From Octopus sinensis (Eukaryota), in assembly GCF_006345805.1 (NCBI RefSeq), contig NC_043011.1, positions 26,982,464 through 27,046,463 on the forward strand: a stretch of DNA of 64,000 bases. Direction: 5' to 3'. The position numbers were made by a program, and so were the translations under genes. Below, in pieces: positions 41,038-54,811 of this stretch (position 1 is its first letter; each line of letters opens with the position of its first letter). Below the pieces are notes generated by a model, which did not search any database, was not told where the DNA came from, and saw nothing but the letters and a program-made list of their open reading frames with translations.

Positions 41038-41062
41038 GCAAAAATAATTCTTTGTGCGATTG
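41038..41062 (+). CDS. PTB/PID-domain protein microexon (25 nt, phase 0-1; AKIILCAI-G)
   Basis: Acceptor ttaacattattatttctttgtattccAG, donor TTG|GTGAGT. Encodes the start of the PTB C-terminal helix (A-x-x-I-x-x-x-I-G), in phase with both neighbours. Confidence 0.85.
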
Positions 41063-42318
41063 GTGAGTATTTATAACTATTACTTAAAAACATTTATGGA
41101 CTTTGCTTAATGTTTGCTTTCTTTAGCCATTTTTTAAACTTTAGTTCATTTCTTTGCTTTTTTCATGGCTTTTCAGTTTTGTATTTTTTATTTTGTAATT
41201 TTTTTTTGTCTTTATTTATCTGTTTTCTATTATATCTTTAGTCTTATTTGCTATTATATTCTTTGGAGTTGAATTTATTCGTCATATCTTGCTACACATG
41301 GAATATACCTCATTGAAAGACAAGCTGTTGTGTAGTTAAGCCTTTCCCTTGGATAACATTCGTGGCATGAAGAGGGGAGGCTGGTATGCATGGCCGACTG
41401 CTTATCCTCCATAAACAACCTTGTCTGGACTTGTGCCATGGAAGGGAACATTCTAAGTGCAGTACCATGTAGTTAAGTCACAAAATTGATGGCTTGGTAA
41501 TCAATTTTAGTTCATGCTTTGTCCTAACACCTCCACAAATACTTTCTACCTACACTTTTAACCTGAATGGAGCCAACAGAAAGGCTTCTATATAGTCGTC
41601 TGATTTGCTAGAAATAACTACCAAACTTTTGCCAAAACACAGAAAATATAGTCCTAGATACACCAGATGATGGGATGGTCTTTGCTGGAATGCTCTTGAT
41701 CATGGTTAAAAAAAATTAATGTTCCTTCTCGAGCCATGCCAGGCTCATAAGGGCTGGTTTCCCGGTTTCAGTGGTGTAGAAATTCCCCACCTGGATGGGA
41801 CGCCAATCCGTTGCAGGATTACTCATTTTTGTCAGCTGAGTGGACTGGAGTAACGTGAAATGAAGTGTTTTGCTCAAGAACACAATGCATCGCCCAGTCC
41901 AGGAATCAAAACCACAACCTTATGATCATGAGTTCGACATCCTAACCACTGAGCCACGTGCCCCCACACTTGAATGGTTGATGATGTGTAAAAGGAATTT
42001 AACCATAAAATGACTGTGCTAACAATTCTTGCTAGTATTTCTGACCTTCCAAGAAAAATACTAGTTATAATGTACAATCCATCAGGTTTTTAGAACATGA
42101 TGAAGTCTAATAAGAATATAATGTACTGGGTTTTTAATTGCTTTTTCAAAGTCTGGAGTAGCTGTGTGGTAAGAAGCTTGCTTCCCATCCATATGGTTCT
42201 GGGTTCAGTCCCACTGTGTGGCACCTTGGGCAAGTGTCTTCTACTATAGCTTCAGGCTGACCAAAGCCATGTGAGGTGATTTGGTAGACAGAAACTGAAA
42301 GAAGCCCTTCGTATACAT

Positions 42319-42342
<24 letters not shown>

Positions 42343-42351
<9 letters not shown>

Positions 42352-43183
42352 ATTGGTGAATTGAAGAAATGGAGCTGAACGCAGATTGAACAGAAATCGT
42401 TTTATTTCATTCTACACGTGTTTCGAAAGCACAAATTACCAAAATCCGATTGAATAATGGGACCATATTGTGTCTTTCTCTTCTGAAATAGCCTTTAAGA
42501 TATCTACGATAACCACTGCAAGGGGAATTACTCTGTAAGACAAACGGGGTGGTTTTTTCACAGCGGGGGTTTCCTTGACAAGGCAGGCTTAATGAACACA
42601 CACACATAAAACATAATATATATATATTTTTTTAAAAAAATTTTTTTCTTTCTGCCACCCAACGGTTATCACGGCAGTAGCCACTGACAGCCGAACGATC
42701 AAACGCACACACGTACACAAAAAATGTTTTCTACCCCTACGCCAACACACACATATATAGAACAGTATACACACACACACGTCTCAAGTAAGTAGATTTT
42801 CTCGCCCCTCATAAAACATCCAATATTCCTTAAATAGTCAGAACTTTATCTCGGTCACAAAGAAATCTATACACCCTCACCCACATGATGACCGATGCCT
42901 GACCCGTGAATTCTTCAGCCACCGGTTCTCAACATACAATGATAAACAGTTTCGCCATGGGCTCTTAGGAGCACAGTTCGATTTGTTTTTTGCTCCGCCT
43001 CTGTTCTGTTTTTGTTTTCCAACGGATTTCCTTTTTCTTCCTGAAGAGAAAGACACAATATGGTCCCATTATTCAATCGGATTTTGGTAATTTGTGCCTT
43101 TCGAAACACGTGTAGAATGAAATAAAACGATTTCTGTTCAATCTGCGTTCAGCTCCATTTCTTCAATTCACCATAATGTTTTA
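42343..43183. repeat. Near-perfect 141-bp inverted repeat (42343-42483 / 43043-43183) flanking a ~560-bp CpG-rich spacer
   Basis: By eye the arms differ only by two 1-nt indels (tt/t and g/gg). Confidence 0.92.
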
Positions 43184-43330
43184 ATTCAATTTCCGCACCA
43201 ACGCACGGTTGCAACGCCAGATGGTTGTACCTCCAACCGTGCTGTTTTACTGCTGTGATTTTTGCTACTAAGGTATCGGTAAACTTTTGATTAATCTACT
43301 ACAAGATTATTCATCTTTCTATTTCACATA

Positions 43331-43362
<32 letters not shown>

Positions 43363-43680
43363 GGTGTAGGGCAAGTGTCGTCTACTATAGCCTCAGGCTG
43401 ACCAAAGCCATGTGAGGTGATTTGGTAGACAGAAACTGAAAGAAGCCCTTCGTATACATTATATATATTTATAAATAGATGTGTGTATTTTTCTCTTGTT
43501 AACAATTAACACGGAAAAAATAGATTAATAGTTACTGTGGTAGCAAAAAATCACGCAAATAAAAAGAGAAGATTACATTGTTTTACACCATTTTAATCCT
43601 TTGGCATAATATCAGTGATATCTTCGAAACATGTGTCGGAAGTAAAAGAATTTGAATAACACCTGCGTTTAACTCCATTT
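42480..43680. promoter_or_regulatory. CpG-rich, promoter-like island inside the last intron
   Basis: Many CG dinucleotides against a CpG-poor background, TCGGAAGT (ETS-like) near 43635, and splice-signal-bounded segments on both strands. Function is inferred only. Confidence 0.35.
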
Positions 43681-44885
43681 ATATGTATATATGTATGTGT
43701 GTATCTGTGTTTGTCCCTCCACTATTGCTTGACTACCAATGTTGGTATGTTTATGTCCTGTAACTTAGTGGTTCAGCGAAAGACACTGATAAAGTATGCA
43801 GTAGGCTTACGAAGAATAAGTCCTGGAGTTGATTTGTTCGGCTAAAGGCAGTACTCCAGCATGGCCGCAGTCAAATGACTGAAACAAGTAAAAGAATAAA
43901 AGAACAAACGAATAAAAGAATAGTAGTTTGAGCTTCATTCATGCAAGCCCATGAACAACCAGACAGCTTTGACCAGGTTGTTGATTTAGCAATTCTTTCA
44001 TTAACTGGCACGATGTCAGTTATGACAATGAAGCTTCCAGTTGCTCTGATTAACTGAACAGCCTGCTTGTGAAATTATTGTGCATGTGGCTGAGCACTTC
44101 ATAGACATACATACTCTTAATGTAGTTCTCAGGGAGATTCAGCATGACACAAGATGTGACAAGGCTGGCCCTTCAAAATACAGGTACTACTTATTTTTGC
44201 CAGCTAAGTGGACTGGAGCAATGTTAAATAAAAAGTGTCTTGCTCAAGGACGTTTACACACCGCTAGGAATTGAACTCGTGACCTTACGATTGTAAGCTG
44301 AATACTTCTAATCACTAAGCCATGCACCTTCATACTTTTGAAAACTACTCTTCTGTTAAAGCAGTGATTTGATGGTGGAGATAATAATCATGGATTTCTG
44401 CTGCATGGAAAACAAGTAGTAAGGTGTTCATTAGCATACATAGCATAATGAGCCTATAAATTTTAATTGAATATAAATATATGCATAATGAGAAAGCTCA
44501 ATTGTTAATGACTGAACTTTGGTCAAAAAAGCTGGTGAATATGCTAGAAGTGATTTTTCAAATGGCAGTATCTGGAGTTAATGGTTGTAAACCATTTTAT
44601 CATGATCATCATCATTGTTGTTGTCGTCGTCGTCGTTGTCATCATCATCATCATCATCACTAATAAATACAACAACAACAGTAACTTTAGTAACAAGGTA
44701 GATGATAGGGCATTAGGCTGCTTTAAGGGATTCAGTAAAGCAGCTTTTATATAGTTGTCTGACCTGCTAAATATAGCAGCCAATTCTTCCTCCAAACACA
44801 ACTTGCAGATTTAAAAATGGGTGACCGCCACCCTCTCTGTAGAGCATCGAAAAAAAAAAAGGCCACTAATGATGATGATGATGAA

Positions 44886-44968
<83 letters not shown>

Positions 44969-44974
<6 letters not shown>

Positions 44975-45732
44975 CAAAATAGAACAAGAACGCAAAACAT
45001 CCGGACAGTTAGGTGATACAAAAACGGGACAACAAAACATCCAGATAAACCATACAAAGAAAACAAGGACGGGTCATTTGAAGTTTTCTTTCCTTAGTCA
45101 AGTACCAGGTTATCTTCGCAATTTCGGTTGATTATACTTGAGATTGCTCCAATCTGGCCAGCCCCAAGGAAAAACTAAGCTAAGAGCATTAGATTCCTTG
45201 GTAGAAAGCAGTGAATGTATAAAAAAACAAGGACAGAAAAAAACGGACAATGTTATACAAATACAATAAAAATAATAACAGGACATAACAACAGGTGTCT
45301 TTTGACTAAGGATGAATTAAATTAAGCTGGCGTGTGTGGAAATGAAGCCTTACAGCAAGGATACAAGATTTCACAAACACAGGGAGGAAGATCAATGTTG
45401 CACGGACAATGGCCAGACCAAGAAAGGAAGAACAGGCTTGGCCGAACACTGGTCACGTGGGAAGAGAAGAGAGAGAAGTAGAAGCAGAGGGACAGAAGAA
45501 TTAAGGAGGAGTAAGAAAAAAATGACAAGCACACAGTGAAGTGAAAAGTGGAGGGAAAGTGAGCAAGAAGAGAAGGCAAAGAAATGAGAGAGAGGGGGAA
45601 CGAAAGAACGAAGAGTGGAATGAACGAATAAGCGTGAAAGGGCTGATAGATAGAAATAGAGTCAAACAAGATTTAGAAAAATGTATACTTACATATAAAA
45701 GACCAAAGTGTACATACGCCGCTACACACACA

Positions 45733-45782
<50 letters not shown>

Positions 45783-46088
45783 TATATATATATATATATA
45801 TATATATGTGAAATACAAAATGGGGCAAGAATGCAAAATATCCAGACAGTTAGGTGATATAAAAATGGGACAACAAAACATCCAGATAGACCATACAAAG
45901 AAAACAAGGATGGGTCATTCGAAGTTTTCTTTCCTCAGTCAAGTATTAGATTATCTTCACAATTTTGGCTGATTATACTTGAGATTGCTCTAATCTGGCC
46001 AGCCCCAAGGAAAAACTAAGCTAAGAGCATTAGATTCCTTGGAAGAAAGCAGCGAATGTATACAGAAACAAGGCCAGAAAAACGGACA
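44969..46088. mobile_element. Element with ~280-bp direct repeats (44969-45249, 45811-46088), each preceded by (TA)n; possibly Penelope-like pseudo-LTRs
   Basis: Two aligned copies aaatacaaaat..catccagata..ggaaaaactaagctaagagcattagattcc..aacggaca. No coding motif was seen, so the class is inferred. Confidence 0.6.
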
Positions 46089-46090
46089 TA

Positions 46091-46123
<33 letters not shown>

Positions 46124-46889
46124 ATATGATGTTTTAAAAAGGACAAAAATGAAAGAAATGAGGTAGGATGGTTGAACCATCTGTAATCATAGTTCTGCTT
46201 GATTGATCAAGGCTAGACTGGACTAAATGACAGCAACAGTAACACAACATAAATTATCCATTCATGTACCGGCTTATTTTTATTGGAATATAATCTTTAT
46301 CCATATCAAGTTTAGATCTGACTCCGATTAAGAATTATGAGACAGTGTTATACACACCAGTCTTCTCCTTCTGTCTGTCTGTCCGTCCGTCTGTCCGTCT
46401 GTCTGTCTGTCTGTCTGTCTCTCACTCAACATCTTAGATTTGACACTTGGTAGGAGAGATGAATGGTGGAAATAGTAAATGGCTAATAAAGCACCTTTTC
46501 AATCATATGTTCATTAAGTAAGAACATGATTTTTATTTTCTTCTTTTGGTTTTATTTTAAATAATGGCCTGTTTAATTAGTGCGTATGCTATTAATTAAT
46601 TATTCCTGCAGATCTTGTTTGCATTCCATTTTTTTTTCACCTCCCACATCACTGAAGTGTCAACAAATTGTTTAAATTTTACAAATTTCTTTGTCATTAT
46701 CAACTAAAATTATTTGAGAAACTAATTTTCTCATTTGCATATTATGTAAACTGTTAAATGCTTAGATGCTCTATAGAGTAAAACCAGGCAAACACTGTTT
46801 TCTTTTTGTCTGTGTTTGTTTTACAATTTAATTTAAATAATTAACTAATAGAATAATGATTAGAGAGGAATTAGCCTAATATCAAGTTT

Positions 46890-47651
<762 letters not shown>

Positions 47652-50600
47652 TAAACATAGTGAAGAGATTTCAAATATGGAGAGCAATAACTGATGTACA
47701 TATACATAACCAGGGCAGCTTCATCATAATTGTTGTCAGAAATTAAGAGATTATAGCCTTCAGTCATAGTTCATGTACTTCACTTATTGCTCTTATGGAG
47801 GCACATGGCCTAGTGGTTATAGCAGTGGACTCGTGGTCGAGGGATCACGGGTTTGAAACTCAGACTGGGCGATGTGTGTGTTTATGAGCGAAACAGCTAA
47901 GCTCCACCCAGCTCTGGTAGAAGGTAATGGCAAACTTCTGCTGACTCTTTCGCCACAACTTTCTCTCACTCTTTCCTCCTGCATCTTGCAGCTCACCTGT
48001 GATGAACTGGCATCCTGTCCAGGTGGGGAGCCTATACGCCAAGGAGACCGGGAAACCGGCCCTTATGAGCCCGGCATGACTCGAGAAGAAAAAAAAAAAA
48101 AAAAAAAAGTATTGCTCTTCATATCCATTATTCTTGTGAGTGAGCTTCTATATGCTTGCTCTACTTGCTAAAAATAGCAGTCAAATCTTCCTCATTTAAC
48201 TCTACCATCTTAAATAGGGAAAGGGCACATCAGATAATATAGTCTTTGCTGTACATCTAAGGAAAAGAAGTGGTGGTCACTGTTGAAATGTTTTTGATTA
48301 TAGGTTGTTGTTGTTTGGTCTGGAGTTGAACAACAATATCAGCAGCAATGGCTGATAAAACAAATAAAGATCTTTCTTTGAGCACATCTGCCTGGCCTTG
48401 ATTTCTTGAGAGATAAATCTTCACTAGGTGGAATGCTAGGTAACATTCCCTGATGGTGTAGTTACCTGTTCCTGACTGGTAGGCAAAATGTGATGTAGAG
48501 AACTTACTGTGCTACTTCACTGTTAAAAACACCTGCTAAATCCTCTCAAATACCAATCTGTTGTCTAAAAACGGGAAGAACACATTGGTCAGTGTAGTCT
48601 TATTTATACATTAGTATGAGATGGTCATGTCTGAAATGCTTTTAATTGTAGGTGAACTCAGCATCAATGAAATGCTTGTAGTAGATTTGATTTCAACTAT
48701 TTCTCTTACTACTCCCAATGTTTTTGCTGGTCTGAAAACTGGGGTTTGTTGTTCTTTTTGCTGGCTCTGTTGATATTTTTAATTATTTTTGCTGGCTCTG
48801 TTGATTTTTTAATTACTTTTGCTTTTTTTAAAAATAATTTTAGTATAGGTGCAGGAAGTGGCTGTGTGGTAAGTAGCTTGCTAACCAACCACATGGTTCT
48901 GGGTTCAGTCCCACTGCGTGGCATCTTGGGCAAGTGTCTTCTGCTATAGCCCCGGGCCGACCAATGCCTTGTGAGTGGATTTGGTAGACGGAAACTGAAA
49001 GAAGCCTGTCGTATATATGTATATATATATATGTGTGTGTATGTTTGTGTGTCTGTGTTTGTCCCCCTAGCATTGCTTGACAACCGATGCTGGTGTGTTT
49101 ATGTCCCCATCACTTAGCGGTTCGGCAAAAGAGACCGATAAAATAAGTACTGGGCTTACAAAGAATAAGTCCCGGGGTCGATTTGCTCGACTAAAAGCGG
49201 TGCTCCAGCATGGCCGCAGTCAAATGACTAACAAGTAAAAGAGTAAAAGAGTATCATATTTAAGGCAGCAAGCTGGCAGAATCGTTAGCATGCCAGGCAA
49301 GATGCATAGCAGCATTTTGTCCGTCTCTATGTTCTAAGTTCAAATTCCACCAAGGTTGACTTTGCCTTTCATCCTTTTGGGGTTGATAAAGTACTAGTCA
49401 ATATAATCAAGTTACCTCGTCTTTAAAATTGCTGACCTTGTGCCAAAATTTGAAACCAGTACTATTACCATATTTGATGGCATAAAAGATGCACTGTCAT
49501 ATTAGATGCACTCCAATTTCAGCAGTGCATATTCAAGAAAAAGTGAGGATCAGGGACAAAATTAATTTGTGAAAGGCTCAGGGTGATTTTTGAGACATTT
49601 TTTGAGGGGGGAAAAAAAGGGGCATCTCATATACCCTTAAACTATAGCTCTTCAGGACAATTCTTATGACAAATGTAGCAACTAAGCTTTTTGTCTTGTA
49701 TCATTAATCTCATGTCCTTTGCTTTGGTACTTTCTATTTGGCCCATTCCCATTATGGTTTTCTGGTCTTCAGAGGTGATGAGGATTACAAATCTATTTTG
49801 GTTCCCCCCTGATCATAGTCGCCTTTCATTGGACTTGGTTTAAGTACTTGTCCATATTGTGATACAAAAGCGATAACTACTAGTCATAGATCCACATCTT
49901 TTCTGATGTCTCTTTGTCGCTTTTCATCACCCTTATATTTCTGTCACCCATGTACTTATGCACTGGGTCAGAGGTATTTATTTCAGCCTGTGTTTTGGCT
50001 GAATCTTCAGTAATGAAAGTACAGCAGAGTGTGACATAGGTTTTACCTTTTTCAGTTAGGAAGAGATTTCTCCCAAGATGTCCTGAAGCGTTTGTTGTTC
50101 TTCTTTTCATGAGAATAGATTTGGTTCACTTCTGTCCTTTCAGAAGTGGAAATATATATTATCTTTCTCTTTACTTTCTCTCATGGATTAGCTTCTGTAG
50201 CAAACAAATGCTATTTGGCTTTACAAAATTCTATTTAATGCATATAGCCCAAGAATGAAAAGTGTGGAAAAGAACAGTATAAAAAAAAAACACATGTATC
50301 AACAGCAGAAATACTATAGGAATAAGTGATAGAATTCAAAGAGGCAAGTGGTGTTATAACAAATATATTCAAGTGGAGTATACAGCAAGTAGTGGTGTTT
50401 GATGGGAGTATTCAAAGGATGTATTTGGGGGATGTTTCTAGGCGGAATTATGGTACTGTATGAGCAATGTTTTAGATGTCATAATTTACAGTGGATTCTT
50501 TGAAGTAAATAGTTTTGGACATTTTTGCTACATTATGCTTCAAAATTTTGCTACATTTTTATTACTTTGAACTGTGATAGGTCTAAGAGTTCTGTTCAGT

Positions 50601-51649
50601 TTCGAGTAAAGGACGGTTCTCTTTTGCCATAACCGTTATATGAACAGGTTACAGTGTTTGACTCTGTGCAAGAGTTGCCACTGTTGTTGTTGTTACAAAT
50701 GCTATTTTTTATCCTTTAGCATTTAAACTGGCCATATCCAGCCCAAATATGCTACTTGTTTCATGTTTTAACTAGCCAGACCCAGCCTATCACACCTCTC
50801 CTTCAATGCTATTCTAAAAATATAGTCATATCATCAAAATTTCGAAGCTATGAGATAATGTATGATTTATTAAAAATGAATGAAAAAGCAATTACATTTG
50901 ACTAAATAATCTGAATGCTAAAAGGTTAAAGTACTTGTTGCGTATGCTCTTCACTTTCTCTTACTTTTTGTATATTCAGTTGTATGGCATGTGAAGGCAC
51001 ATGGCTCAGTGGTTAGAGTGTCGGGCTCACAATCATGAGGTAATGAGTTTGATTCCTAGACCAGGCTGTGTGTTGTGTTCTTGAGCAAGACACTTTATTT
51101 CATGTTGCTCCAGTTCATTCAGCTATAGAAATGAGTTACAATGTCACTGGTGCCATGCTGTATCAGCCTTTGCCTTTCCCTTGGATAACATCGGTGGCGT
51201 GAGAGGGGTGTGTATGGGTGACTGCAGGTCTTCCACAAACAACCTTGCCTGGACTTGTACTTCAGAGGAGAACTTTCTAGATGAAATCCCATGTTCATTC
51301 ATGACCAAAGGGAATTTTTACTCTTTTTTACTGTGTGTAGCCTATTTCTGTATCACACAACAGAATGTACAAGTGCAATGCATGTAAATAAATATCGACA
51401 TTTTGTAAAAAAAACAAACAAACAAAAACAAATAATTTTTTTTGTCATCTTCCCCTTGATATTGAGGGCAGGCTTTCCTTAAGTACTTAAAAGTCATCTT
51501 TTACAAATACTCCAAAGAAAATTTCATTTCTTAATGCTTGAATAAGTCATGTCTAGTTGCAAACTGCCAGAATTTTTTTTATCAAACTGCTTTCATTAAA
51601 TAATAACGTGGCATATTTAACCCTAATTCTATGATTTTCTTATTTGCAG

Positions 51650-51684
51650 GTCAAGGTTTCCACCGAACCACATTTTATGTGTGA
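51650..51684 (+). CDS. PTB/PID-domain protein terminal coding exon (G-QGFHRTTFYV-stop)
   Basis: Branch-like ccctaat plus acceptor attttcttatttgcAG at 51649. Phase 1 gives IG-QGF, completing the PTB helix motif IGxAF/GF. TGA at 51682-51684; no strong donor follows. Confidence 0.85.
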
Positions 51685-51759
51685 TATTTCCAGATCTTCA
51701 GACCAATGCCACCATTGAGACCAGAATCAAAATCACTTCATGTCCTCACTTCCCCTTAA

Positions 51760-51823
51760 TTTATATTATTATTATTATTATTATTATCATCATCGAAAGC
51801 ATAATAACAACAACAACAACAAC

Positions 51824-51858
<35 letters not shown>

Positions 51859-51960
51859 TAGTAGTAGTAGTAGTAATAATAACAATGATACTAATAATAA
51901 TAAGAGTAATAATAATAATTAAATATTAGTAGTAGTGATATTAATACTGTTGCATTACAT
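51760..51960. repeat. (ATT)n/(AAC)n/(AAT)n/(AGT)n trinucleotide array in the presumed 3' UTR
   Basis: Directly visible, ~80 nt after the stop codon. Confidence 0.9.
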
Positions 51961-53322
51961 CATTAGTAGGTCTTCAGATTTGTCTGTGCAACAATGTCAT
52001 ATCTCCTCATTGTCTTTTATTTCATATAACAGTCATTTAATACTATACAGATTTGAATTGATTCAGTGACAGACAAAATACCTTGCAGTTTTTATTTAAA
52101 TCTCTTTGGTTTCCGAATTTGACTCCTGCAAGTGTCTACTCTATTATTCAAGCATCCAATGTTGATATAGCAACTAATCATCTTCTAGGTTTCAGTTCAT
52201 CAACTATACTCCAAACAATAATAATAAAATTGTTCTTGTATATTTATGTTTGAACTAATAGAACTTATAACTTGCTGTCTCAGGAGGTTCCTGGGTGGGA
52301 CTTGAACTCAGTTTGTACAAATGTCAAATCAAAATCTAAGCATCATAAGAATAGCAATAATAAAGAAATGCAGAAGGCACACAAAAGCTCACAACACTAT
52401 ACACTGACCCCAAAATAGGTCTGCTAGGAACAGCTCATATCTTGCACAAGACAATGTTAATTCAATAGTATAGCTCTAATAGAACAGTCATCACACACAA
52501 CACACTCTCCATACAATAAGCACCATATAATTTAATACAACACAACTGTCACAGCATATACCATGTAAGATTAAGGGCCATGAGAACAACACAGCCTTCA
52601 TTACACACACACACACAACAGAACAAACACTAATATAAAATAAAAAACGAAACCCCATTACAAAACAAACTGATGCAGAACACCAACAGAAGGAGTCTGT
52701 ACTCCCTCAATACTCATAAGAATGCAATGCTGAATTCACATCTAGGGGATACAGAGGTGCACCAGATGGTGCAATTGAAACTTGCATGAAATTACTGAAG
52801 GAAAATAAAATAATAGCAGTTTCTGATTTAGGTACAAGGCCAACAGGTTTTAGTGGACGGGGTTAGTCATAACCATTGACATCAGTACTTGACTGGTACT
52901 TCAAGGAATAGAAGGTAAAGTTGACATTGGTGGGATTGAAATCAAAATGAAAGGAGCTTGCCCAACACTAATGCTTCTGCCAGTTTACTGTCTCCAGTAG
53001 TTGTAGTAATAGTAGTAGTAATAATAATAAAAACAATCCTTTCTACTATAGGTACAAGGCCTGAAAATTTGCTGGAGGGGACTACTTGGTTGCATCAACC
53101 CTGGTGCTTAGCTGGTGTTTATTTTATCAACCACCCCAACCAAAATGATAAAAGACAAAGTAGACCTCAATTATGGTCTGAGTTCAAATTCAACCAAGCT
53201 CAACTTTGCTTTTCATCTTTTGGAGGTTTGATCAAGTAAGTACCAGTTGAGTATTGGGGTTAATATGATCCACTTAGCCCTCATTCAAAATTTCAGGCCT
53301 TCTGCCTAATGCAGAAAAAAAA

Positions 53323-53368
<46 letters not shown>

Positions 53369-54780
53369 GCACTATTGTCACTAGGAGTTGAATCTTTAGA
53401 TTGACTTGTAACACATTCTTGACAAATCTCATTTCAATCATTTATTTGATTGTAAGTTAGGTTTTATGGATGAAAAAACAACACCAAAAGGAATCTATTT
53501 TTTGGTTTTTTTGTGACAGAACAGGAATAAGACATTACAAGAGAAAGAGCAGTATCGGCCTTTTCAACTGACTGATTTTTAAAAATATTGTGTTATAACC
53601 CCCCTTTCTTTTTTCTCAGTTTGTGTTGCTGTTCTTATGCCGCAAAGCTGAGTATTGCCTGCAATCTCAAACAATGTTAAGCAATGTTATCAGGTACACA
53701 CACACACACACACACAAACAATGTTTGCATTATTGTCATCGTCATCATCATCATCATCATCATCCTTAAAACAGCAAAAACAATAAAACAACATTTCATG
53801 TCTATTTTACCATGCTTGTATGGGTTGGATAGGTTTTGCCCACTTGTAATAGTCTGCCTTATCTGGCACACAAAGCAACAGAAAAATGCCAGTCAGCTAG
53901 CCAGCCAGTCAATTTTATTGCAGTGTATGTCTTCTTGCAGTATGGAATAATAATAATAATAATATTAACACCTATATATATATATCACGTGATCACGTGA
54001 CTGACCAGGCTATCAGATGTTGCTACACATCGCTGGTCACAATGCGCTTCACATTGTTTTAGCCTTCAAATGACGCCACCCTGCTGGCTAAGCGAGCAGG
54101 CCAACAGAAGAAAGAGTGAGAGAAAGTTGCGGCGAAAGTGTACAGCAGGGGTCACCACCGGCCCCTGCCGGAGCCTTGTGGAGCTTTATGTGTTTTCGCT
54201 CAATAAACACACACAACGCCTGGTCTGGGAATTGAAACCGCGATCCTCTGACCGTGAGTCCGCTGCCCTAACCACTGGGCCATTATATATATTAGGCTTC
54301 TTTCAGTTGTGGTCAGCTGAGGGCTATAATAGAAGACACTTACCCAAGGTGCTAAACAGTGGGACTGAACCTGAAACCATGTGGTTGGGAAACAAGTGTT
54401 TTACCATATTTTATTTTGTTAGTGATACTAGCGGGTTGTTGTATGTGACAAGTGTTACACTCCCTTCTCTCTTGCAAGAGTTTTATTCAAAGTTACTTTC
54501 CCCCTAGGCAGATAATATGCAACCTGCCTTTCAGAGTTTGCATTTTACTTGTTAGTAATGTAATGATGTGGTGTTGGGTTGTAATTATAAACACACACGT
54601 TTGTAAAAGGAAGAGACAGAGAAAGCTTAAGAAAGAGATTGAGATAGAAGAGAAAGGAACAGAAAGTGAAGGATATGACAGATAATATAATAATTATATA
54701 ATAATGCTGAATAGCTTAAAAATAAAGATTAATAACTAGAATATGAAATGAAAGTGTATGTATATCTATATCAGTGTACA

Positions 54781-54811
<31 letters not shown>

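Noticed and set aside
17466-41062. CHH/ITP-like cysteine pattern (ICGKCY...SLC) obtained by splicing 17548 to 20407 to 41038
   Set aside because: It skips the much better exon 18985-19051, and the cysteine spacing does not match CHH; coincidence.
49700-50130. Minus-strand coding-like remnant (ORF 49880-50110)
   Set aside because: It has multiple stops and no motif I can assign; it is likely an old transposon fragment but is not supportable as a named feature.
51694-51929. ORF 51681-51929 or an alternative acceptor at 51693 giving DLQTNATIETR...
   Set aside because: It runs into the (ATT)n array as poly-Ile; the upstream acceptor at 51649 gives the correct PTB helix.
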